The notes under the pieces: generated by a model | The model's database searches: none | The model's input: the letters and a program-made list of their open reading frames with translations, nothing else | Told to the model about the DNA's origin: nothing | Shown here: piece after piece, positions 56,714 through 64,000 of the stretch | Position numbering within the stretch: position 1 is the first letter of the stretch | Layout of the letters: every line of letters begins with the position of its first letter | Virus record (IMG/VR): IMGVR_UViG_3300036715_000434 | DNA from: an uncultured virus (IMG/VR IMGVR_UViG_3300036715_000434) | Taxonomy: Duplodnaviria; Heunggongvirae; Uroviricota; Caudoviricetes | Reading direction: 5' to 3' (one strand) | Length of the DNA stretch: 64,000 bases | Position numbers and translations under genes: made by a program

Positions 56714-57778
56714 TTGGCTCACGAACTCACCAAGAACAAGATCACCAGCAAGATCGAGATGGCCTATGCTGGCGAAACTCCGTGGCATGGCCTCGGTCAG
56801 CGCCTGATGCCCGGCGCCAGCGTAGAAGAGTGGCTGGAGGCCGCTGGCATGACCTGGACCATCCGCCGCACCAAGCTGATGTACTACGCCGACCGCGCCC
56901 AGAAGGACCTGCGCATCGACGACGAGAACGTCGCCCTGATCCGCTCCGACACCGGCGAGCGCCTGGGGATCGTCAGCGCCGACTACCAAGTGGTGCAGCC
57001 CTACGAGGTCCTAGAGTTCTTCCGCAACCTCGTCGAGACGGCCGGGTTCGAGATCCACACCGCGGGCACCCTGTTCGGCGGCAAACGGTACTGGGCCCTG
57101 GCTAAGCTGAAGGAAAGCAAGATCAACGGGTGGGATACCGTCGGGGGCTACTACCTCCTGTCGACCACCGCCGATGGCACTCGCTCGACCGATGGCCGCG
57201 AGACCACGATCTGCGTCGTCTGCAACAACACGCTCTCCGCCGCCCTCTGGGGTGACGATCGCAAACACGGCTTCAAGATGAGCCACCGCCAGCGCTTCGA
57301 TGCCGAGCGGATCCAGAAACAGCTGGGCCTCACCTCTGAAAACTTCGACGCCTTCCTGGAGACGGCCAACGATCTGTCGCACATCAAGGTGAGCGAGGCG
57401 GCAGCCGACGACTTCATCATGAAGCTGCTGCGCCCGAGCGCCGCGGTCAACGCGATGGTGGCCGCTGAGTCGCCTGACGACTCCTTTGCCGCTCTGCTGG
57501 CTCGGCCTGCGAAGCTGAGCATCGAGGCCGACGAGGACAACGTTCGCCGTCCTCGCGGCGCCGACATGATCCTCGACCTGTTCCTGGGCTCTGGGATGGG
57601 CGCCAACCAGAAGGGCCGGGCTGGCACGGCCTGGGGCCTAGTCAACGCGGTGACGGAATACGTCGATCACCACGCCACGGCCAAGACCGACTCACACCGC
57701 CTGGATCGCGCATTCTGGGGCACTGGTGACGAGCTGAAGACCGAAGCTCTGCAGCTGGCGCAACAGCAGTTTGCCTGA
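56714..57778 (+). CDS. DUF932 family protein
   Basis: ETPWHGLG, LGIVS..Y.VVQP, TAG.L.GG, VVCNNTL, GTAWGL.NAVTEY.DH; AAGGAG RBS before TTG 56714. Confidence 0.9.
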   Translation: MAHELTKNKITSKIEMAYAGETPWHGLGQRLMPGASVEEWLEAAGMTWTIRRTKLMYYADRAQKDLRIDDENVALIRSDTGERLGIVSADYQVVQPYEVLEFFRNLVETAGFEIHTAGTLFGGKRYWALAKLKESKINGWDTVGGYYLLSTTADGTRSTDGRETTICVVCNNTLSAALWGDDRKHGFKMSHRQRFDAERIQKQLGLTSENFDAFLETANDLSHIKVSEAAADDFIMKLLRPSAAVNAMVAAESPDDSFAALLARPAKLSIEADEDNVRRPRGADMILDLFLGSGMGANQKGRAGTAWGLVNAVTEYVDHHATAKTDSHRLDRAFWGTGDELKTEALQLAQQQFA

Positions 57779-57915
57779 AGCCTGACAGGGCTGACCAGGA
57801 GGGCGCAGGACGCGCTTTCTTGGCCTCAGCCACCCTTCCTCCTATCCTCTCCCCTCTTTTAACGCCGCCTAGCCCGTATATATCGGCTGGCATCCCTCAC
57901 CCCTGGAGAAACAAG

Positions 57916-58428
57916 ATGATCGAATACGTAGTTCTGCCATTCAAGAAAGACGAGCCGACAGATGACCTGCCGAAGAACCACAAGCCCCTGATCTCAACCA
58001 AGACCTACGGGCACGAACAGGGCTTCTCCTCGACGTTTCGGCAGTGGCGCGCGCACTCTCACTGCAACAAGCTGCACGGCTACTCCCTCGGCTTCAAGTT
58101 CACGTTCGCCGCCCAGGATGTCGACGCCTGCGGCTGGGTGGTCGACTTCGGTGGCCTGAAGACCCTGAAGCAGATCATGGAAGACACGTTCGACCACAAG
58201 TTGCTGGTGGCCCAGGATGACCCCCTACTCGATCTCGTGAAGCAGATGCAGAGCGCCGGCCTGGCCGATGTCATCATCGTTCCGGCGACTGGTTGCGAGG
58301 CCTTCGCCCGCATGATGTTCGACGTGACTGAGCAGTGGCTCAAGGACGCCGGCTTCGCCCCTCGTGTCTGGTTGATCTCTGTAGAGGTCAGCGAGCACGG
58401 GGCCAACTCCGCCATCTGCCAGGGGTGA
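57916..58428 (+). CDS. queD: 6-carboxytetrahydropterin synthase
   Basis: HC..LHGY, WVVDFG.LK, FDHK, CE.FA, V.VSE...NSA; GGAG RBS before ATG 57916. Confidence 0.88.
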   Translation: MIEYVVLPFKKDEPTDDLPKNHKPLISTKTYGHEQGFSSTFRQWRAHSHCNKLHGYSLGFKFTFAAQDVDACGWVVDFGGLKTLKQIMEDTFDHKLLVAQDDPLLDLVKQMQSAGLADVIIVPATGCEAFARMMFDVTEQWLKDAGFAPRVWLISVEVSEHGANSAICQG

Positions 58429-58431
58429 GCC

Positions 58432-59142
58432 ATGTTCTACAAGCTATCCCCCCTCCTCGTTTCGTGGGCCATCGCTGCGATCATCTGCGTCGCTGGCGCT
58501 TCCTATGACATGGCGCCGGCGCACTTCTTCGTCGGCTTGTTCATTGCCCTGTCCGGGGGCATCGCCGCTGGCTTCATCACTGGCGCCGGCTTCAGTCGAC
58601 GGGTCGATCCCTGGCTCTTGCAGAAGCGGCTGATGGACATCTCGAACCAGCCGGCCCCGAACAGCCCGATGCTGACCAAAGGCACCCTGCTCTACTACGC
58701 TCTTCAGCTAGAAGAGATGGGCGAGCAGGCCCGGACCCTCCTGGCCATCATGATGCACCACCTGCCTCCGAAGGGCGTCGTGGTCGGCTACGAGGACTAC
58801 CGCGATGCGCTTCATATGGGTGAGCCCATGCTGCGCCAGCTCTCAGCCAGCCTGCGCCGTCACTGTGCCCAGTGCCCGGACGATTGGGGGCTGTCGCTGA
58901 ACCGACCCGAAGCGAAGGCACTGCTGGACGACCACGTCGACGTGATGGTGGTGGCCTCCGGCTTCGGCCTGGCCACTGGGCTTCCTGGCCCGGCTGGCTA
59001 CCTAGCTGTTCAGGCATCGAACCTGAGCAAAGCCAACCCCGAGACCGGGATGATCGACACCGATCCTTCAGGCAAGTGGATCAAGGGGGTAGGCTACTTC
59101 CCACCAGCCCTCGAAAAGGTGCTGGAAGATCACATGACCTAA
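58432..59142 (+). CDS. MazG-like (PRA-PH-like) nucleotide pyrophosphohydrolase with two N-terminal hydrophobic segments
   Basis: EE..E, LD..VD..VV..G, V.ASNLSK, D..GK.IK...YFPP.L. Confidence 0.7.
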   Translation: MFYKLSPLLVSWAIAAIICVAGASYDMAPAHFFVGLFIALSGGIAAGFITGAGFSRRVDPWLLQKRLMDISNQPAPNSPMLTKGTLLYYALQLEEMGEQARTLLAIMMHHLPPKGVVVGYEDYRDALHMGEPMLRQLSASLRRHCAQCPDDWGLSLNRPEAKALLDDHVDVMVVASGFGLATGLPGPAGYLAVQASNLSKANPETGMIDTDPSGKWIKGVGYFPPALEKVLEDHMT

Positions 59143-59168
59143 CCCTTTGAACCTCTGGGAGCCCTCAC

Positions 59169-59366
59169 ATGAAGCTGATCACCGGATTCATTCTCGGCGT
59201 ATTCCTCGCCATCGCAGTCGGCTTCGCCATGGTGCGATGCGTGGCGCAGGAGGACAACGCAACCCCACCTCATGCACTGACCCAGCAAGACATTGACGAG
59301 CTCACGATGAAGTGGTCGAAAGAGCCGTTGCCTGATCTGCTGGCTGGCAAGAAGGGGAAGCCATGA
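59169..59366 (+). CDS. Small membrane or secreted protein
   Basis: GGAG RBS; hydrophobic N-terminus. Confidence 0.55.
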   Translation: MKLITGFILGVFLAIAVGFAMVRCVAQEDNATPPHALTQQDIDELTMKWSKEPLPDLLAGKKGKP

Positions 59367-59542
59367 GCAATAAGAGCCCAGCCGTAATGGCCAACGTTCA
59401 GGCGAACGTCAAGGAGCTTATTCAATCCTCGTTCATGGATTTACTTTCGGACGAGCTATGGGACGGGCTTGTGGCCCAGCTCTTCGGCGTGGGGACGGCG
59501 TATGTCGTCAACTACAGGCGCAACAACACTCCGAGGTTCTAG
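59363..59542 (+). CDS. Small hypothetical protein (MSNKSPAV..., 59 aa; below the ORF-track cutoff)
   Basis: ATGA overlap; fills the gap. Confidence 0.45.
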   Translation: MSNKSPAVMANVQANVKELIQSSFMDLLSDELWDGLVAQLFGVGTAYVVNYRRNNTPRF

Positions 59543-59547
59543 ACGAC

Positions 59548-59835
59548 ATGTCACTCATCCTCCGCGATCAACTGCTGCGCGAGTGCTGGGTGCCCACCAG
59601 CCTACGCAAGCCAGCCCCAAACCCAGCCGGCCCCCACTACTCGGTGCCAGTCTGGGGGGTGATAGACGACTCCAACTTCACCATCGCCGGAGAGACGATG
59701 TTCGCTGATGTGGTCGCCTATTGGCCGGCCCTAGACAAGTTCACCGTCACCCACCAATGCCGAGCCGACGAGGACGCCGATGATCACGTCGTCAAGGTGA
59801 TCTGGTGGCAGCCTCTTCCGCCATTGCCATACTGA
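59548..59835 (+). CDS. Hypothetical protein (DUF551-like)
   Basis: W.P.....P N-terminus and V.WWQPLP.LP C-terminus. Confidence 0.55.
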   Translation: MSLILRDQLLRECWVPTSLRKPAPNPAGPHYSVPVWGVIDDSNFTIAGETMFADVVAYWPALDKFTVTHQCRADEDADDHVVKVIWWQPLPPLPY

Positions 59836-59850
59836 TCCGACGATCCCACC

Positions 59851-59878
59851 AAAAGCCAGCCTCCGCGCTGGCTTTTTT
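59851..59878. terminator. Intrinsic terminator, possibly bidirectional
   Basis: AAAAGCCAGC-loop-GCTGGCTTTTTT. Confidence 0.85.
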
Positions 59879-60155
59879 CATGCTTGGGCCACCCCTTATA
59901 CTTTAACCACCCAGAGCTCCTTGATTACGCACAGAGCAGATCCAGGCTCTGTGCGCTCGTGATGGGGCAAGTGGCAGGGTAGGCGCTTCAGGGCATTTTG
60001 CGTCGATCCTGGGAGGTCCTAGGGGGCTTCCTGGCGCTCTTCTGGGGTTGAGCTGCTTCCATCTCGTGACGAGATTTGCTGGATCCCCCGGTGCTGAAGT
60101 TCAGGCTTGTTCGGCATTGGGGTTCTTTTTCACCCAGGCCAAAGGAACTAATACC

Positions 60156-60905
60156 ATGACCAACAAGCGACGCAAGTTCATTCATGGCTGGCGGCCGGAT
60201 CAACACGACGGCCGCGACCATCTTTACATGATGATCGGCAAGCCAGCCCAGCTGCCGCCCTCTATTGATCTCCGCGGCGCCATGCCAGCGGTCTACGATC
60301 AAGGCCAGCTCGGATCCTGCACCGGCAACGCCATCGCAGGAGCCATCGACTACGCCAATGGCCCCGGTGGTCTGATGCCGAGTCGCTTATTCATCTACTA
60401 TAACGAACGCGTCAAAGAAGGCACGGTCCGTCAAGATGCCGGGGCCATGATTCGCGACGGCATCAAGTCAGTCAACCAGCTTGGCGTCTGCCCTGAACTC
60501 GACTGGCCCTACGACATCAGCAAATTCAAGCAGAAGCCACCCAAGGCAGCCTTTGCCGACGCGCTGAACAAGAAGGTTAGCTCGTATGCCCGCATCACCT
60601 CGCTTCAATCAATGAGGACGTGCCTGGCCTACGACAACAAGCCATTCGTGTTCGGCTTCGCAGTCTACGAGAGCTTCGAGTCTCAAGCCGTGGCCGACTC
60701 AGGTCGGCTAGAGATGCCCACGCCAGGCGAACGCCTACTAGGCGGCCACGCAGTGCTCTGTGTCGGCTATGACGATGACTCACGTCGCATGATCGTCCGC
60801 AACTCGTGGGGATCAAGTTGGGGCATCAACGGCTACTTCACGATGCCATACGACTACATCACCAACCCCAAACTGGCCGACGACATGTGGGCCATCACCC
60901 TCTGA
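60156..60905 (+). CDS. Papain-like cysteine protease (C1A)
   Basis: LP..IDLR, DQGQLGSCT, GGHAVLCVGYDD, RNSWG..WG.NGYF; AAGGA RBS. Confidence 0.92.
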   Translation: MTNKRRKFIHGWRPDQHDGRDHLYMMIGKPAQLPPSIDLRGAMPAVYDQGQLGSCTGNAIAGAIDYANGPGGLMPSRLFIYYNERVKEGTVRQDAGAMIRDGIKSVNQLGVCPELDWPYDISKFKQKPPKAAFADALNKKVSSYARITSLQSMRTCLAYDNKPFVFGFAVYESFESQAVADSGRLEMPTPGERLLGGHAVLCVGYDDDSRRMIVRNSWGSSWGINGYFTMPYDYITNPKLADDMWAITL

Positions 60906-60916
60906 AGTAAACCAAG

Positions 60917-61210
60917 ATGAGCTACACGTTCCAACTCCGCGCTACCAACAAGATCGAAGCGCACAACAAGGTCAAAGAGCAACTCGACATCGTCGCCCGC
61001 AATCAGGTTTGCCACAACCGTGACAAGGCAATCCACCTCGCCGCTCTCGGCGCTCAACTCACGTTGCTCGACGAACCCACGATCGACCAAGACATCAATG
61101 TGGCGATGAGCGGCTCGCTCACCGGCCAGTGGGTCGGATCCGACGTGACCCAGTGCTACGGGGCCAACCTCAGCATCGGCGTTGCTCTGGTCAACAAGCT
61201 GCCCATCTGA
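60917..61210 (+). CDS. Hypothetical protein
   Basis: 97-aa ORF in operon orientation. Confidence 0.6.
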   Translation: MSYTFQLRATNKIEAHNKVKEQLDIVARNQVCHNRDKAIHLAALGAQLTLLDEPTIDQDINVAMSGSLTGQWVGSDVTQCYGANLSIGVALVNKLPI

Positions 61211-61288
61211 ACGAAGCATGGGAGACCACTAGAAGTCTCCCAGCTAGTAACCCCATCCCACAACATATTAGCACCTACGTAGAAAACC

Positions 61289-61735
61289 ATGCAAACCGAC
61301 GAAGACCCCAAACCACGTAACAAGGGCGGACGGCCACTAGGTTCAATGAGCAAGCTCGCACGTGATGCCAGGCTCAAGGCCGAACGTACTGGCCTCCTAC
61401 CCCACGAGATCCTACTTGACATCGCTCGCGGCAATCCTCAGAAGGAGAGCTGGACCGACCAGGAGACGGGGGAGATCATCGTTAAGCATCTGCCCCCTGC
61501 TCCGATGGAGATGCGCGTAGATGCAGCGAAGGCAGCGGCTCCGTACTTCGCACCGAAGATCAGTACCGTGGAAGTGATTCAAGGAGTTGGTGATGAGGAT
61601 CTCGACAGCATCATTGCGCGCGCTGCCGCCGAGGCAGGTGTTAGCATTGGCTTTGATGGAGAAAGCGAGGAGGATGAAGCAGAAGGAGGAGCGTCAACAC
61701 GCCCTCGCACTCGCGTACGAATCATCGGGGACTGA
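61289..61735 (+). CDS. Terminase small subunit
   Basis: [22 protein letters not shown]; precedes the large subunit. Confidence 0.75.
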   Translation: MQTDEDPKPRNKGGRPLGSMSKLARDARLKAERTGLLPHEILLDIARGNPQKESWTDQETGEIIVKHLPPAPMEMRVDAAKAAAPYFAPKISTVEVIQGVGDEDLDSIIARAAAEAGVSIGFDGESEEDEAEGGASTRPRTRVRIIGD

Positions 61736-63020
61736 CGATAGGTCGCCGCCTCCGTTCACCCAGAACTACGCGAGCCTCGTCCTAGATCCGAACCACAAGC
61801 TCTACTGCTTACTTCACCAGACCGCCCCCTACAAGATTTTTTGGGGCGGTCGTGGCGCCGCGAAGTCGTGGGGCATAGCCGAGGCGCTCATACGCAAAGC
61901 CAGCGCAGCGTCTGTGCGTGTGCTCTGCACGCGTGAGATCCAGAACACGATCAAGGACTCAGCCCACAAGCTACTGAAGGACATGATCGACCGACTAGGC
62001 ATGACTAGTTGGTTCACCGTCACTGCTGACTCGATCAAGTCACGTAGCGGTGCAGAGTTCATCTTCAAGGGCCTGCGCAACAACGAGAACGGCATTCGTT
62101 CTACGGAGGGCATCGACATCTGCTGGGTCGAAGAGGCGCAAGCAGTCTCGGAGTCAAGCTGGCGTTCGCTGATTCCTACTCTACGTAAGGACGGCGTCGA
62201 ACTATGGGTGAGCTTCAACCTAGTCGACGAAGCTGACGCAACCTACCAGCGTTTCGTCGAGCATCCGCCCACCGGCGCGATCGTTCACAAGATCCTCTAC
62301 TACGACAATCCGTACCTGTCGGCCAAAAGCCGGCAAGATATGGAAGACGACAAAGCTCGTGACTTCCATATGTACGAGCATATCTGGTTGGGCCTGCCGC
62401 TCAAGATCAGTGATGCAGTCATCCTCAACAAGAAGTACACGGTACGGGCCTTTGACGACGACCTCTGGCAGTCAGCCCCTAGACTTCACTTCGGGGCCGA
62501 CTTCGGATTCGCTAACGATCCCTCAACCCTCAATCGCTATTTCACGATCGAGAGCGAGGCCACCAAGAAGCGCAAGCTCTACATCGAGTACGAGGCCTAC
62601 GGCACTCACGTCGAACTAGACGAGATGCCGGAGTTCTACGACTCAGTGCCTGGCTCACGTGATTGGCCGATCAAAGCTGACTGCGCTCGCCCTGAGACCA
62701 TCTCCCACCTCCGACGCAAAGGCTTCAACATCTCTGCTGCTGAGAAGTGGGATGGCTCAGTTAAGGACGGCATTGCGCATCTGCGTGGCTTCGACCAGAT
62801 CATCATTCATCCTCGCTGCATAGAGACCGCCAGGGAGGCCCGGCTCTGGCGCTACAAGGTCGATCCCAAGATCGTCGACCCCAACGGCAACCCCCAAGTC
62901 TTGCCGATCGTTGTCGACAAGCACAACCACACCTGGGACGGCATTCGCTACGGGCTCGATGGGTACATCCAGCGATCCGGAGCAGTGGGCGTCTGGGAAC
63001 GCCTGGGTCAAATGGCCTAG
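61587..63020 (+). CDS. Terminase large subunit (PBSX-type)
   Basis: GGRG.AKS, C.RE.Q.TI.DS, WVEEA, PTLR, G.DFGF..DP, D.ARPETI, NH..D..RY; start within 61587-61593. Confidence 0.93.
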   Translation: MVMRISTASLRALPPRQVLALALMEKARRMKQKEERQHALALAYESSGTDDRSPPPFTQNYASLVLDPNHKLYCLLHQTAPYKIFWGGRGAAKSWGIAEALIRKASAASVRVLCTREIQNTIKDSAHKLLKDMIDRLGMTSWFTVTADSIKSRSGAEFIFKGLRNNENGIRSTEGIDICWVEEAQAVSESSWRSLIPTLRKDGVELWVSFNLVDEADATYQRFVEHPPTGAIVHKILYYDNPYLSAKSRQDMEDDKARDFHMYEHIWLGLPLKISDAVILNKKYTVRAFDDDLWQSAPRLHFGADFGFANDPSTLNRYFTIESEATKKRKLYIEYEAYGTHVELDEMPEFYDSVPGSRDWPIKADCARPETISHLRRKGFNISAAEKWDGSVKDGIAHLRGFDQIIIHPRCIETAREARLWRYKVDPKIVDPNGNPQVLPIVVDKHNHTWDGIRYGLDGYIQRSGAVGVWERLGQMA

Positions 63021-63092
63021 CTTTCTATAATCAACTCGCTTCCCCAGTGATTCGACTTTTCGATCACACCAACCACCTGAAGGACTTTCACC

Positions 63093-63461
63093 ATGCCCGC
63101 TGCATACTCCGCCGCCGAGATCAACGCCGCACTCCAGCAACGCAACACGCGCTTGGCCTCTGGCTGGCTCGACCTCCTCGGCGCTTCGAGTGAGCTCATT
63201 GCTTCCGTCCAGTTCAACTCCACGGCCGGCGCTGTGGTCGGCACCACCCTGACCTTCTCCGGCTTCCCCAAGACCGCCACCCCTGGCATCACCGGCACGG
63301 CCATCGCTTCGGCCCGTCTGCGCAACGCAGCTCTCGCTGACGTGGCCACCGGCTTCACCGTCGGCCTGGCTGGCTCTGGTGCTCAGGTCATCGTGAACAA
63401 GATGACGCCCGCCTCGGGCGACACCGTGGCCGTTCAGTCCTGCACCCTGACCGACTCCTGA
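63093..63461 (+). CDS. Small beta-rich structural protein
   Basis: AAGGA RBS; GTA..ARL.......VG..GSG pattern. Confidence 0.6.
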   Translation: MPAAYSAAEINAALQQRNTRLASGWLDLLGASSELIASVQFNSTAGAVVGTTLTFSGFPKTATPGITGTAIASARLRNAALADVATGFTVGLAGSGAQVIVNKMTPASGDTVAVQSCTLTDS

Positions 63462-63463
63462 TC

Positions 63464-63784
63464 ATGCCGTTCGCTCAACAGCCAGACGTAGTCGCACTCG
63501 CTAGCGGCGTGCGTAGTGGTAGCGGGGGCATTGGCTCTCCTATCGCTGCGCCGACCTGGCTGGGGGCGTTCAATGGGGCCCAGACCGTCAACCACACGTT
63601 CGGGGTAGCGAACTCTATCACCGGCACAGCGTCGACCGCCTGCACCTTCTCCGTCACGCCGGGCTACTCGCTCCCGGCTGGCGCAACCCTAGTCACCGTC
63701 TCGCCGACTCAGTGCCGCATCGACTTCGACGCGAGCCTGGCCACCGGCACCTACACGTTCAAGATCCGGGCCACAGCACCATGA
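63464..63784 (+). CDS. Ig-like (He_PIG-like) domain protein
   Basis: SLPAG.TL ... GTYTF.IRAT. Confidence 0.6.
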   Translation: MPFAQQPDVVALASGVRSGSGGIGSPIAAPTWLGAFNGAQTVNHTFGVANSITGTASTACTFSVTPGYSLPAGATLVTVSPTQCRIDFDASLATGTYTFKIRATAP

Positions 63785-64000
63785 GCACCTTCGTTGACTC
63801 CGGGCTGATCAACGTCGTCTCGTCTATCGTGGTGCCTGCGCCGGCCCCGACGGGCAAGTACTACACAGACCAGCCCTACCTGTGGCAACCCATCGCTACT
63901 AACACGATTGTGCAGCGCATCCCCGGCCCGGCCGGCTCGGCTCCGTTCAACCTCAACCGCGAGATGGTCGGCCCGACTCGGGATCACGTCTGCGCCTTCA
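63781..64000 (+). CDS. Hypothetical protein, 3'-truncated by the window edge
   Basis: ATGA overlap; open to the window end (MSTFVDSGLINVV...). Confidence 0.5.
   Translation, partial: MSTFVDSGLINVVSSIVVPAPAPTGKYYTDQPYLWQPIATNTIVQRIPGPAGSAPFNLNREMVGPTRDHVCAF

Noticed and set aside
36395..63020. Inteins or introns in the polymerase, helicases or terminase
   Set aside because: Protein lengths are ordinary and no intein splice or homing-endonuclease motifs were seen.
1..64000. Alternative genetic code or stop-codon reassignment
   Set aside because: Core genes are full length under the standard code and use TAA, TAG and TGA as stops.

Overview
This window is most of a lytic-looking, GC-rich tailed phage genome with a contractile tail. 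No integrase or repressor cassette is recognisable. The map is probably circularly permuted: terminase lies at 61-63 kb, portal at 5.8 kb, and both window edges fall inside one cluster of beta-rich structural genes. From 1 to 27.9 kb (+ strand) it carries accessory fibre-like genes, putative capsid-internal proteins (one with an R-S-E ADP-ribosyltransferase domain), portal, MuF, DUF2213 protease/scaffold, DUF2184 capsid, neck, sheath, tube, tape measure with a transglycosylase domain, baseplate, fibres and lysis genes. From 27.9 to 51.8 kb (- strand) it carries a near-complete replisome and recombination set (SbcCD, RuvC-like, RecA, gp32-like SSB, UvsY-like, clamp loader, beta clamp, UDG-like/PolA fusion, primase, SNF2 and DnaB helicases, 5'-3' exonuclease, sigma-like factor) plus 7-deazaguanine DNA-modification genes (dpdA-like, folE, queC, queE). 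From 51.9 to 64 kb (+ strand) it carries early/accessory genes (ParB-like, HD, DUF932, queD, MazG-like, papain-like protease) and the terminases. Best leads: (1) an apparently split DpdA-like transglycosylase followed by two alternative small 'missing-strand' ORFs and preceded by a tRNA-like cloverleaf; (2) a shared HIH / basic-T-x-D motif linking head proteins to an ART-bearing cargo protein; (3) a thrice-repeated, covarying AAC(C/T)A-loop hairpin in the early region; (4) a UDG-like polymerase domain with a rewired active site. All family assignments come from motif recognition by eye; no database searches were run.
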